A DNA stretch of 64,000 nt from Geosiphon pyriformis uo1 (GCA_016748015.1 JAAOMT010000302.1:310001-374000); one strand, 5' to 3'; counted from the stretch's first letter, positions 13,769 to 25,329 are shown. The notes: generated by a model from the sequence alone, not told the origin. Numbers and translations: made by a program.

Positions 13769-14390
13769 ATGCAAAAACACACCAATTGATGATGCCTAGA
13801 AACAAGCATTACGATGATTAAAAGAATACTTCCATGACAAACACAAATTATGGAAAATGGCAAGTGCAAAAGCAGAAGGTGCAACAATTAGCAAACTACT
13901 GGAAATCAAAAACAATCCCTTATCTCTTCCTGAACCTGAATACATCCAAACCTTTGACATCTTTGACAACATTAAAGATGATCTAGAAGAATTTCACGAA
14001 CATTACCAGTGTTTAGCACCCACTAGGGAAAAACAAAAGCAGCATTTAAAGCAGTTGAATACTCAATTATGTTAACATTGTTTAATTTCCTGTGACTTTC
14101 AAAATTGTAATAAGTGTGATCTCATTTACAATCCACCAATCCACATGATCTATATAATCCCAGAAGAGAAGAAACCAATCAGCAACTGCACATCAGAATC
14201 AGGATCAACTTTTAATCTCAATTCAAACTCTGACAATGATGACAACAAAAACAATGGTTCCAGCTCCACTTGATTGGACAAAAAAAATAATGACAATTCA
14301 GATTTTGATTCAAACTCTGAAACATATATTGTGTTTTCTGATCTTTCCAAGGAACAGAAACTCAGAAGGTATAGTAACAACAATGAAGGC

Positions 14391-14785
14391 ATTATACCAG
14401 AACATGTGCATGATACAGATGTAGGGTTTGATCTGAAATATCCAGAAAAAAATCCCATCAAATTGGAACCCCATTCATGCACCTGTATTGATCTTAAAAT
14501 AGTACTGAAAATTCCAGCAACAACAATGGTACAATTAGCATTTAGAAGTAACTTAGCTAAAAAAGGAATCAACATCAGAGGAGGAATAATTGACACAAGA
14601 TACATAGAAAATATCATTGTGATGCTACAAAATGATTCAGAAAAAGCATATACCATAAACCCAAATAAAAAGATAATCCAGGCAATATTCATATCTCTGG
14701 TGAAAGTAGCTCAATTAGTGTCAATGAGAAACAGTAAAGAATTAGGGATAACAGGAAGAAGGATATAAGGATTCGAATTCACAAA
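14391..14785 (+). pseudogene. dut: dUTPase domain inside Gypsy pol, between protease and RT (also 6370-6766 and 52633-53025)
   Basis: All five trimeric dUTPase motifs recoverable across copies: (A)GFDL, RSSL, GGIIDAGY, KIAQAIF, R(G)IQ(G)FGSTG. Confidence 0.9.
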
Positions 14786-16649
14786 TAAAATAGATGTACC
14801 AGTCAATATGGCAGAGAAAGAAATTATTGACAAAGGAGAAATTATCTTCACCTGTCAATCAATTTTCATTCCACCATATGATCAGTATATGTTAGCCATA
14901 AAAAGAGAAGTAAAAGATCAAGCTCAATTGTTTGAAGCAGAAGCCAACATATGTGAATCAGGAAAAATTGGACTTACTAATCTTTACATATTAGCCAAAA
15001 GTCCCAAAAACATCAAAATTCCCATCTACAATACAACCAGAGATGTCATTGAGATACCAAAAAGAATCATCATTGAATACTTAACCACTAAAGTTGAGGA
15101 TTAACAACCCAACTACATTCCAGATTTTTCACAGCTTTGTAGATATGTGGATATCACATCACAAACCATTTATGGACAAAGTGAATGTTATCTGCTCCAA
15201 CCAGAACAATTGGAACAGATAAATTTAAGAAGCTTAGACCCACTTTAATGGATGCAACTCAAGATATTACTCAACAATTTCAATGACATCTTTGCCAGTG
15301 AAGATGAATTTGGCAGAACTAGCATAATCTAGCACCAGATCAAGACTGGAAATACAATGCCAATAAAACAAAAAACATATAGAGTACCACTAGCCAGCCA
15401 TGAGATCATTTGTCAAGAAATTAACCAAATGCTTGACAACAGACTAATTTAGCCATCAATGAGCCCATGGTCATCATTAGTAGTACTAGTCTGGAAGAAG
15501 AATGGAAAGATCCATTTTTGTGTGGATTATCAAAAACTGAATGGAGTAACTAAAGATGATAGCTATCCAACTCCAAAGATCCAAGAACTATTCAATGCTT
15601 TTGGAGGAAATAAATGGTTCTCAATACTGGATTTAGATAGTGGTTACTGGTAAGTAGCCATAAAACCAGAAGACAAAGAGAAAACAGCTTTCACAACTTA
15701 AGAAAGAAACTTTGAATTTGAAGTAATGTCATTTGGCTTGATGAATGCTCCAGCCACTTTCTAGCAACTTATAGAAATTGTTTATACTGGACTACTATGG
15801 AAATCAGTTGTCATATATTTGAATAACACCAATGTGTTCTCAAAAATATTTGATGATCATCTGCATTATCTCTAACAAGTGTTCAAAAGACTAAGAAGAG
15901 CCGGATTAAAGCTAAATGCAACCAAATGTTTCTTTGGAAAAACTGAACTCAAGTTTTTGGGACATGTTGTGAGCAAAGATGAAATTAAAATGGATCCAGA
16001 CAAAATTGAAATTGTCAAGAACTTTCCAGTACCAAATAATCTTACAGAATTAAGAGCATTCTTGGAATTTGCTGGATACTACTGCCACTTTATTAAGGAC
16101 TTTTCCAAAATAGCTCAACTACTATACCAACTCCAAACAAAGAATATGAAGTACAAATGAACAGAAAACCAACAAGAAGCTTTTGACATATTAAGAAAAA
16201 AACTTATTCAAGCTCTAGTATTGATGTATCCAGATCACAATAAACCATTCATCATTACTACTAATGTATTAGGCCAAGCATTGGAAGCAGTACTATTACA
16301 AAAAGAACCAGACAGAAGAGAGCATCCAATAACTTATACCAGTAGAAACTTAAGTCCAGCTAAAAAAAACTATGGAACTTCAGCACTGAAACACTTAGCT
16401 ATCTATTGGGCTGTCATCAAATAGAAAGAATACTTGAATCAGAAGTTTGACATATATGCTGATCACAAAGGATTGACTTCAATTCAGAAACAAGAATTTG
16501 GAGATGATTGTCATGTCAGATAGAAAATAGAACTGTTACTATTTAATTATATAGTACATTATAAAAAGAGAAAAAACAATGGAAATGTTGACAGTTTGTC
16601 GTGAATGAGACAAATCTAAAAACATGTTAACCCAAAAATATAACAAAAG

Positions 16650-18026
16650 ATGAATATACAAAAATACCAACAACTCTAATATTATATAAATACCCAATTG
16701 TTTAAGAAGAAATTATCTCAAAAAGAACAAAACAACATAAAACAACAATCAAAATATTTTATCAGTCATCAAAATATACTGTACCAGAAAAACAAAAGAA
16801 ATTCAGACCAGCCAACAAGAGTAATTACAGAACCAGAGAAAAAGACAATATTATTTAACATGCACTCAGATCCAACAGCAGAATATTTTTATAAAAAAGC
16901 AAACATAGAAAGAACTAGAAAAAAATACTATTGGCCATCAATGTATCTGGACATTATTCAATATTTTTAAAGTTGTGATGCTTGTCAGAGAAGAAAAAGA
17001 ACAAAACTCAGTGAACCATTGAGACCAATCAAAGTAGGACAACCATTTGATCACATTAAAATTGACTTAGTTGGACCATTAACAATCACCAACAGAGGCA
17101 ACAGATATATTGCAGTAGCCATGAACTATCTCACTAAATGACCGGAAGCAAAAGCCATTCAAAGAGCAGATGCAGAATCCATTGCCAAATTTGTTCATTA
17201 AGATCTGATCTGTCAACATAGATGTTCAAAAGAATTATTATCTGATCAAAAAACTCACTTTGTAAATAGAACATTAGCAGAATTAAGCCAAAGATTTGGA
17301 ATAAAAAAACCACTATTATCACCATATCATCTACAAACAAATGGGTTAGTTGAAAGGTTCAACAGAACACTGTGTAAGGCAATAGCCAAAATCAGCCAAG
17401 AAAACCAGGACAAATGGGATTTAATCATACCATTAGTACTATTTGCATATTAAACAATGAAACAAGACACTACACAAGCAACACTATTTGAATTAGTATA
17501 TAATAGAACAGCAATATTATCAGTTGAGATAGAAGTCAAAACATATCCAACAGAACCAATAACAGAAGAAAATTTCCAAAGAATATTGTTAAAAAGAACA
17601 TATGACTTAATAGAGACATTGGAAAACAAATGGAAAAAAGCAGCTAATAACATCCAAAAGTCACAAAAGAAACAAAAAGAAAGACACAATAACCAATTAT
17701 TAAATAAACCAGTTGAATTTAAGATTGGAAACAAAGTACTTTTATATTGTATTAAAGCAAAAAAACAATGGAGTGGAAAATTTGACCCCAAATAGGATGA
17801 ACCATTTTACATAAAAGAAATTCTTGGAAATAGAGCTTATAAATTAAGATGAAACAACAAAATCTTAGCCAAAGTAGCACATGGTAATTGATTGAAACCA
17901 TATTACCATATAGTATTACCATCTATCAATAATATTTCACAATTAAAAGTACAGAGAATACTAGTACAATCAAAAGAGATTCCACAAGATCTGGAATCAA
18001 TTATTATTATTAGACCAAACACATAA
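16650..18026 (+). pseudogene. Integrase ORF of copy B (HHCC, DDE core, GPF motif; no chromodomain)
   Basis: Own ATG at 16650; MHSDPTA.HF..CDACQR, IDLVGPL, LSDQ, SPYH.QTNGLVERFN, PK.DEPFY. Confidence 0.9.
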
Positions 18027-18085
18027 AATTGACAATAAAAAGAGTATATAAAGACATGGTAAACGTGATGGAAGACTCCAGAAAA

Positions 18086-18724
18086 ATAAAAATTACCAAC
18101 AACATTTACTCACTAGCACAACAACTCTTTTAATTAATTTAACACCAAAAAATAGAAATCACAATCAATCAACAAACCATCAAATACACAAATACTAGAA
18201 AAAAACCATGGGATAAAGTACAGAAGAAAACAGAAAACACTGTTAACAAAATAATGACAAAAGTGAAACTGGCAATAGAAACACAACTCAAAGCTACCTA
18301 ATATCAAGAGTTGAATATAGAAACATGGAATTGGTGAATACAACAATTTCCAAGAAACTTTTGTTACTTTTACTTGGGACAACACATGAACATTCAGAAT
18401 CTATACACAGATAAGACAAAATGATTATTTAACACAACAATACTACAACAATTGGAACAATTTGTGAGGAAAAACAATTTAACCACACAAACAAAAACCA
18501 TTTATTGGCTACATACTGGATTTTAAGATCAGCCAGAAATTTTGCTCAACACTGAAATGGATATTGTTACTGTTAACTAAATAGAAAAATTAACCAACGC
18601 CCAATTTAAAGAATTACAAAACAAGATAACACAAATAATTCTCAGAAAAGAAGTTCAAAAACTACTCAAGAATAGAGAATTAGAGCTAAGAGATTTGGAA
18701 GATCTCGATGGAGCTCAATATTAA
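18086..18724 (+). pseudogene. ORF3 of copy B: accessory protein of about 205 aa, function unknown
   Basis: Homologous reading frames at 21211-21843, 56308-56921 and about 63272-62800(-); TATA 41 nt upstream; stop abuts PPT. Confidence 0.7.
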
Positions 18725-18738
18725 AAAAGAGGGAATAA

Positions 18739-19612
18739 TATTATTTATAAAATATAGGAAAGATACTAGCATAAATGAGCCAATCAGAAATAGGCACAGT
18801 AAATATGGAATTGTAGGATTCCTCTTAGAGAAATTGCAGGATTCCAGGAATTTCAGGATTCTTGTACAAGAAATTGCAGGATTCCAGAATTCCAGAATTC
18901 CTCTCAAAGAAATTGCAAAATTCCAGGAATTTCAGGATTCCTGGTGTGAAAAATTGAGGAATTAAGAAATCTCAATTATGTATATATAGCAGTAGTGCTA
19001 AAAGTAGAAAAGACAGAATTCTTTAGTTAGAGACTTCTCAGTTTAGATTTGATCTAAGCAACTTTCCATTCACAAATATTAAATAAATAATTATTCACTA
19101 TTTCAATCCACTCTCTACTATTAACACTTCATGTTGATAGCAATTGATACTTAAAAACACTGAAACAATAGCTCTTGATCATAGCTATTGACAGAATACT
19201 AACTTGCAATTGCTTTTGCTTATTTCTTTATCTTTTTTTTATTTTTATTTTTTTTCTTGTTGTGATCTTATTGTTGTTTACTAATTGATTGAGGATTAAA
19301 GTGCTGAATTATTGATGTCACAGATAGTCTGGTAAAAGATCCAGAGATAAGGGTAAGAATATATATATTAATGGATAGCTTACCAGAAATGCATGACTAC
19401 CAGAATAAACCGACTACTATGCTGAAGACAGAAATTGAGAAAACAACTTACCAATCACATCATCATTAAATCTCTGTCTATTATACAAAGAACTCAACTC
19501 TAAAACCTTCAGATACAATCAACATACCAGTATTACCAACATTATTAAGATATTGAGCACCAAGTTATGGATTTGTTATTTGATTTGAAACCCCAAATAA
19601 TCATCTGTAACA
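18739..19612 (+). repeat. 3' LTR of copy B, preceded by polypurine tract AAAAAAGAGGGAA
   Basis: Matches 8523-9397; ends TGTAACA followed by TSD CCAT. Confidence 0.93.
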
Positions 19613-19685
19613 CCATACACTTTTATGGTACACTATAAAAAAAGAAAAAAAAATGAAAATGCCAATGGTTTGTTATGAATAAAAT

Positions 19686-19784
19686 AAATCTGAACATTCC
19701 AACCCAAAAATATAACAAAATCAGAACATTCCAAACCAAAATATAACAAAATCAGAACATTGCAACACAAAAATATAACAAAAG
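19686..19784 (+). repeat. Three 31-32-bp tandem units in the RNase H-integrase spacer of copy A
   Basis: AAATC(T/A)GAACATT(C/G)CAAC(C/A)CAAAAATATAAA-like unit occurs 3 times; single unit in copies B and D. Confidence 0.85.
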
Positions 19785-21156
19785 ATGAATACACAAAAAT
19801 ACCAACAACTCCAGCATTATATAAATACCCAACAGTTTAAGGAAAAATTATCTCAAAAGGAACAAAACAACATAAAACAACAATCTAAATATTTTATTAC
19901 TCATCAAAATATACTTTATCAAAAGAATAGAAGAAATTCAGATCAATTAACCAGAGTAATTATGGAGTCAAAAAAAAGACAATACTGTTTAATATACACT
20001 CAAATCCAATAACAAGACATTTTTACAAAGAAGCAATAATAGAAAAAACCAGAAAAAGATACTACTGGTCATTAATTTATCCAAACATCATTCAATATGT
20101 ACAAAATTGTAATGCTTGTTAAAGAAGAGAAGGAACAAGACTTAGTAAACCACTAAGACCAATTAAAGTGAAACAACCTTTTAATAGAATTAGAATTAAC
20201 TTAGTTGAATCATTAACAATAACCAGCAGAGACAATTATTATATAGCAGTAGTTATAGACTATCTCACAAAATGGCCAGAAGTAAAAGCAATTCAAAGAA
20301 CAAATGTAGAATCCATAGCCAAATTCATTCATCAAGATTTAATTTGCCAATATGAATGTCCAAAAGAATTGTTATCAAATCAAAGAACTCACTTTGTAAA
20401 CAGAACATTAGCAGAATTAAGCCAAAGATTTGGAATTAAGAGACCATTATCATTATTATATTATTCACAAACCTATAGATTAGTTGAAAGATTTAACAAA
20501 ACATTGTATAAAGTAATTGCCAAAATCAGCCAAGAAAACCAGAACAAATAGAATTTGTTTATACCATCAATACTATTTGCTTATTAGACAATGAAGCAAG
20601 ATACCACATAAGCAACACCATTTGAACTTGTTTATAGTAGAACAACAACATTACCAGTTGAGATAAAAGTCAATAAGTATCCAACTGAACCAATAAATAA
20701 AGCCAATTTTTAAAAAACATTGCTAAGAAGAATGTACAAACTAATAAAAACATTAGAAAACAAAAGATAAAAAGCAGCTAATAACATTCAAAGATCACAA
20801 AAAAAACAAAAAAAAAGACATAATAACTAATTACCAAATAAACCAGTTGAATTCAGAATTGAAGACAAAGTACTTTTACATTATACCAAAGTAGAAAAAC
20901 AATAGAATAGAAAATTTGATCCCAAATAAGATAGATTATTTTACATAGAAAAAATTCTAGGAAATAGAGCTTATAAATTAAAATGGGACAACAAAATCTT
21001 AACCAAAGCAGTACATAGTAATTGACTAAAACCATATCACAATATAGCATCATTATCTACCAGTAATATTCCACAACTAGGAGTGCAACAAATACTAGTT
21101 CAACCAGATGAGATCTGGAACCAATTATAATCATCAATTCAAATGCATTAAATTGA
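19785..21156 (+). pseudogene. Integrase ORF of copy A/0
   Basis: ORFs 19785 (MNTQKYQQLQHY) and 20168 (DYLTKWPEV...LVERFNKTL). Confidence 0.88.
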
Positions 21157-21210
21157 TTGACCAAAAAAGTATATAAAAACATAGTATACACAACAAAAGA
21201 ACCAAAAAAA

Positions 21211-21843
21211 ATGGAAATATCAAACCATATTCACACTTTAGTTCAACAACTATTTTAGGCCTTAAATTAACAACAATTGAACATAAAAATCACCATTAAC
21301 CACTAAACAATCTGCTATTAAAACACCAAGCAAAAAAAAAAATACACCATATTAGCAACCACAAAACTAACCAAAAAACTAATCAGATAAAATAGTAAAA
21401 AAAGTGAAAAACACTTTTGAAAAAGTACCTATCATGGTTCCAACAAAAGAATTTTCAAAAAAAATAGGAAATAATAAATAAAACAATTTCTAATACCATA
21501 TTGCTATTATTAATTGGGACAAAAATTGAATATTCAGAAGTTATATCTCAATAAAGCCAAAAAAATATTCAACCAAGAGATAATATGGAATATTGAAGAC
21601 ATTATTGGAAAAAAAACAAATCTAACACTACTTATTAGAGCAATATATTAATTACACATAATATTTTAAAACTACTTAGAAATATTGCTATACTTTAACA
21701 TGGAGACAATAACCATTAACCAGTAAGAGAAAATGAACAACTTGCAAATCGAAAATATAAGAAGCAGAGTTAAATAAATAATATTAGAAAGAGAAATCAT
21801 AAACCTAATTCAAAATAAATATTTTAATAAAGCTTAATATTAA
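21211..21843 (+). pseudogene. ORF3, divergent subfamily version
   Basis: MEISNHIHTLVQQLF...LGQKLNIQKLY...RAIY.LH...ITINQ aligns to ORF3 of copies B and D; TATATAAAA at 21170. Confidence 0.65.
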
Positions 21844-21856
21844 AAGAAAAAGATAA

Positions 21857-22707
21857 TATTACTTATAAAAAAAGCATACAAGAAAATAATAGAAAAAACA
21901 GATAGATCAATAGAAAAATAGTAGCTAATACATGAACATATTGCTTAGCAATATGGAGCATTGTCAGGAATTATGGCACATTGCTCAGCAATATAGAGCA
22001 ATGTCAAAAAATCATAACATATTGCTCAGCAATGTAAGCATTGCTTGAAAAATTATAGCACATTACTTGAGAATATGAGCAATCTTGTAGAACTCAAATT
22101 ATGTATATATAACAAGAATATTAAAAACAGAAAAAACAGAATCAATACCAAGACTACCCTCTTAAGACATCTTAATTAGAATCATTAATATTAATAAAAT
22201 AATTATTTATCATCTAAATTACTCTTCTTACTATTAACACTTCATGTTAATAGTATCTAATACTTGATTATACTGGAACAATAGCTTTTGATTATGGCTA
22301 TTGATGGAATACTAACTCTTTCTTGTCTTGGCTTATTTTTTTTTCTTTTTTTTTCTTTTCTTTTTGCTTTATTATTATTTAATAATTAATTGAAAATTAT
22401 ATGTATGGAGTTATTGACATTAAAGTGACTGGTAAAAGACCCAGAAATAAGAATAGAATATTCAAGAATTAAGAATAGCTTACCAAGAGGATTACTGGCC
22501 ATTACATTGAGAAAAAAATTTGACAGAATTGTAATTTTGAGAAGTGACAGATAAAAACAATACTTGAATCTCTGTTTATTATACAAAAAACTTAACCAAA
22601 ACCTTTAAATACCAAAATTTTTAGATAAATACCAATTGTATTAATTATTAAGCACCAAGTTATGGATTTGTTATTTGATTTAAGACCCCAAATAATTACC
22701 TGTAACA
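21857..22707 (+). repeat. 3' LTR with a different U3 (about 40-bp repeats containing ATTGCTCAGCAAT)
   Basis: After PPT; R/U5 and the TGTAACA end match the family but U3 does not; followed directly by LINE sequence. Confidence 0.85.
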
Positions 22708-24906
22708 TCAGGAAGACTTTATTAAATAAACAATTTTCTTATTTAGTTTTAGCAGTTTTATAGCTTATAATTAGTTACTAAATACAATTCAGTTTTGTGT
22801 TCAAAAGTATATATTAAAAGTAGAATATTATAATTAGAAAAAAACTTAGATTTAAGACTAATCTGCCAAAAAACTTTTTTAATAAAACTTTGTATTATCC
22901 ATCTTTGTATAGGCTAAAATTATTTGAACAGATATAAGCAAAAAACAAGATGGCTTTATTAATCTGGTTTTTTAATGCAATAAGTATTCTTGGTTATTTA
23001 TTTGTATACTGGTTTCTAGATTTACAGATTGCAAGTTAAGTGCCAAAAAAGCCACTACAATTTCCTGTTAAGTTGAAAATCAACTTTGTAAATAATTTTT
23101 TGACAGATCTAATAAATATATTTTTGGATAACAATATGTCTTTGGTAAATAAGTTATCTTGTATATTCTTCTTCTCTAGTTACTTTCTAATGTCTAATAT
23201 TCCAAATAGTTTATGTTACTTTAATATGATTTAACTTTTAAAACAACTTGGTATTGTTTTTAGTGATTAATTATTGGACAAATATGGCTCAGTAATAGAT
23301 TGAAAAACTTTTTGTTATTGAAAAAAACTGAGTTTAAAAGGCCCAATACCAATGTAATTTGTAAAAGCTTTGATTTACATAAACAATCCTTTTATTGATA
23401 TTATGGAGTGTAGTTTTAACTTTGGCTGTTCAGATTTTTATGGCTTAAAAAATTTCTGAATGTTTAGAAACATTTACATAAACTATAAACAGAAAAAATT
23501 AATGTATATACTGGATTATTAAGTAATTTAGATACAGTAAATGTAATAAATAAAGCAATAATATATTTTTTTGAAGTTAAAATGAGTTTGAGTGTTAAAG
23601 TTTTAGGTTTGCTATTATTAACAATAGCTGAATTACAAGCTATTGCTTTGGCTTTAAAATGTGTTTTTTCTTTTTGTTCAGTGGTTTTACATATAAACAG
23701 CCAAGCCACTATAAATGCATATATATTAAAGTTTGTACTTTGTATATTTGATTTTAGAAACAAATATTGGGTTAAAAAGTAATATATGGCCAACTTAATA
23801 AAATTTAAAGACATTTCTGTTATATAAGTAAAAGTTAAAAACTATTTAAAAAATGCTAACAATAATAAAGCCAATATTTTTATGGATAATATAATATAAT
23901 TTTGTATTTTTTTATCTATTAATATGTATAAAAGATTTATTTTAACAAATAATTTGTTTGTTTTAAGTAATACTTATTATTTTGTTTGTAATATCTATTA
24001 AATAATTAATTGAGTTCAATAAAAAGCAGATCTGAATATAAGAATTTTAAAAAAGTCTTTCATTTAGAACATTAATTGGTACTGTATTATTTCAGTTTAA
24101 CACTTTAACTTTTATATGTTTTTTAACTTTACTAGCAAACTTTTAATAGTTTTTTGCATATATTTAATAAAAACAATATATAAGAACTGTTAACTATAAT
24201 TAAAAAAAGACTGTTTAACAAAAAGTACCTAAGTGTATTATATCTGTTTTGTAGTAATGTTAAATTGTCTAATTATGTTTTTACTTGTTCAAAAAATACT
24301 TTAGTATATTTTAAGATTTTGTTGAATTATGCTAAATTGTAAATGTCTTTAATAAAAGTCTGTTTTTTATCAATCTTTTCAATACTATGTATTCTTTTTT
24401 TAAAGATATCTAATATTAATATTTATAAGATTTTGTATAAAAAGTTTGTTTTTAAAAATTGGATTAATAAAGTGGCTTTAAGATTTGAAAATAAAAAAAA
24501 GACTTTGATAGTAATAGCTCACTTTGTTTAATATTTTGCTAATATATATTGTAATAAAATATAAAATTTTAGATCAAAGTATAAAGTTGATATAAAAAAA
24601 AATGGCTTGGTTAAAAACATAAAGGTAATATTTGAAATATATACTTTAATTTCTTTTAGCAAAAATAATTTGTCTACTTAAAATTGTTGAGTCTTTTACT
24701 GTTAATTTTAAATTACACAAAGCTTGTTTGTTTTTTTTAAGATTAAATAATGGTTTAAAGATCAATATGAATATATAGTATAGTCTTAATTTGTTTAAAT
24801 GATCAGTTATATATAATAAGTACATAAACCATATTTAATTTGAATTACTTAGTTTGTTTTTGTATAATTGGACTGTACTTATTAATAAAATAAAATAAAA
24901 TAAAAA
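22708..24906 (+). mobile_element. LINE 3' part (post-RT region, RNase H, zinc finger, 3' tail, (TAAAA)n); host of the LTR stack
   Basis: KQFSYLVLAVL, TIAELQAIALALKC (RNase H); colinear with 34040-36255; shared 3' tail. Confidence 0.8.
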
Positions 24907-25329
24907 TTTATACCAAAAAAACTGATTAAATTGAATTTTTAAACAATAAATTCTAATTAACAATAATAATTAATAGTATTAATTTTAAAATACTTTTATA
25001 TATTTTTATAAAAAATAAATTTGACCAAACCAATTTAGTTTAATATTAAATTTTACTGAAAATATAAGAACTAAAAAACATCATATTTATTATATTTTAT
25101 TTATAAATCATAATTTAATTAGAAAAAAAGTTTAAAAAATGCTTAAAAATAATTTAATTTAATTATTTATAAATCTTTAATTCTTAATAATTTTATTAAT
25201 AAAAAAAATAAAAAATTTATATTTAATATTATTAATTAATAAAATTTTTAATGTTTTTAAAAAAACAAAATAATTTTTTATATTTAACTTAATTAATAAA
25301 TATTAACTAGTTAAAATAAATCTAAAAAC

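Larger units (their letters stand above)
9430..16619 (+). pseudogene. gag-PR-Cys-rich-dUTPase-RT-RNase H polyprotein of copy B (interrupted by insert 12798-13768)
   Basis: MVYAPIAKLKKFTGE at 10425; CHYYGKQKHLQIDC knuckle; protease ORF 11811; dUTPase ORF 14274; RT ORFs 15459 and 15879; RNase H ORF 16221; ends ...RQI-TAA at 16617-16619. Confidence 0.9.
8523..19612 (+). mobile_element. Full-length Ty3/Gypsy copy B nested in the RNase H region of copy A
   Basis: Paired LTRs 8523-9397 and 18739-19612; 4-bp TSD CCAT at 8519-8522 and 19613-19616; host frame rejoins as LLPYTFMVHYKK. Confidence 0.95.
1556..22707 (+). mobile_element. Ty3/Gypsy LTR retrotransposon copy A (degenerate, probably chimeric with copy 0); carries nested copy B
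   Basis: 5' LTR 1556-2429, PBS, gag, PR, dUTPase, RT (VVVYLDDTNMFS), RNase H split by copy B, integrase 19785-21156, ORF3, PPT, 3' LTR 21857-22707; flanks ATAT and TCAG do not match. Confidence 0.85.

Noticed and set aside
18086-18724. ORF3 as env or chromodomain
   Set aside because: No signal peptide, transmembrane segment, furin site or chromodomain aromatic-cage pattern is visible
2431-22586. Dozens of short ORFs from the track treated as independent genes, or an alternative genetic code explaining the stops
   Set aside because: They are fragments of one polyprotein, or antisense shadows of it. All three stop types occur at copy-specific positions consistent with C>T/G>A changes, and the host gene uses the standard code
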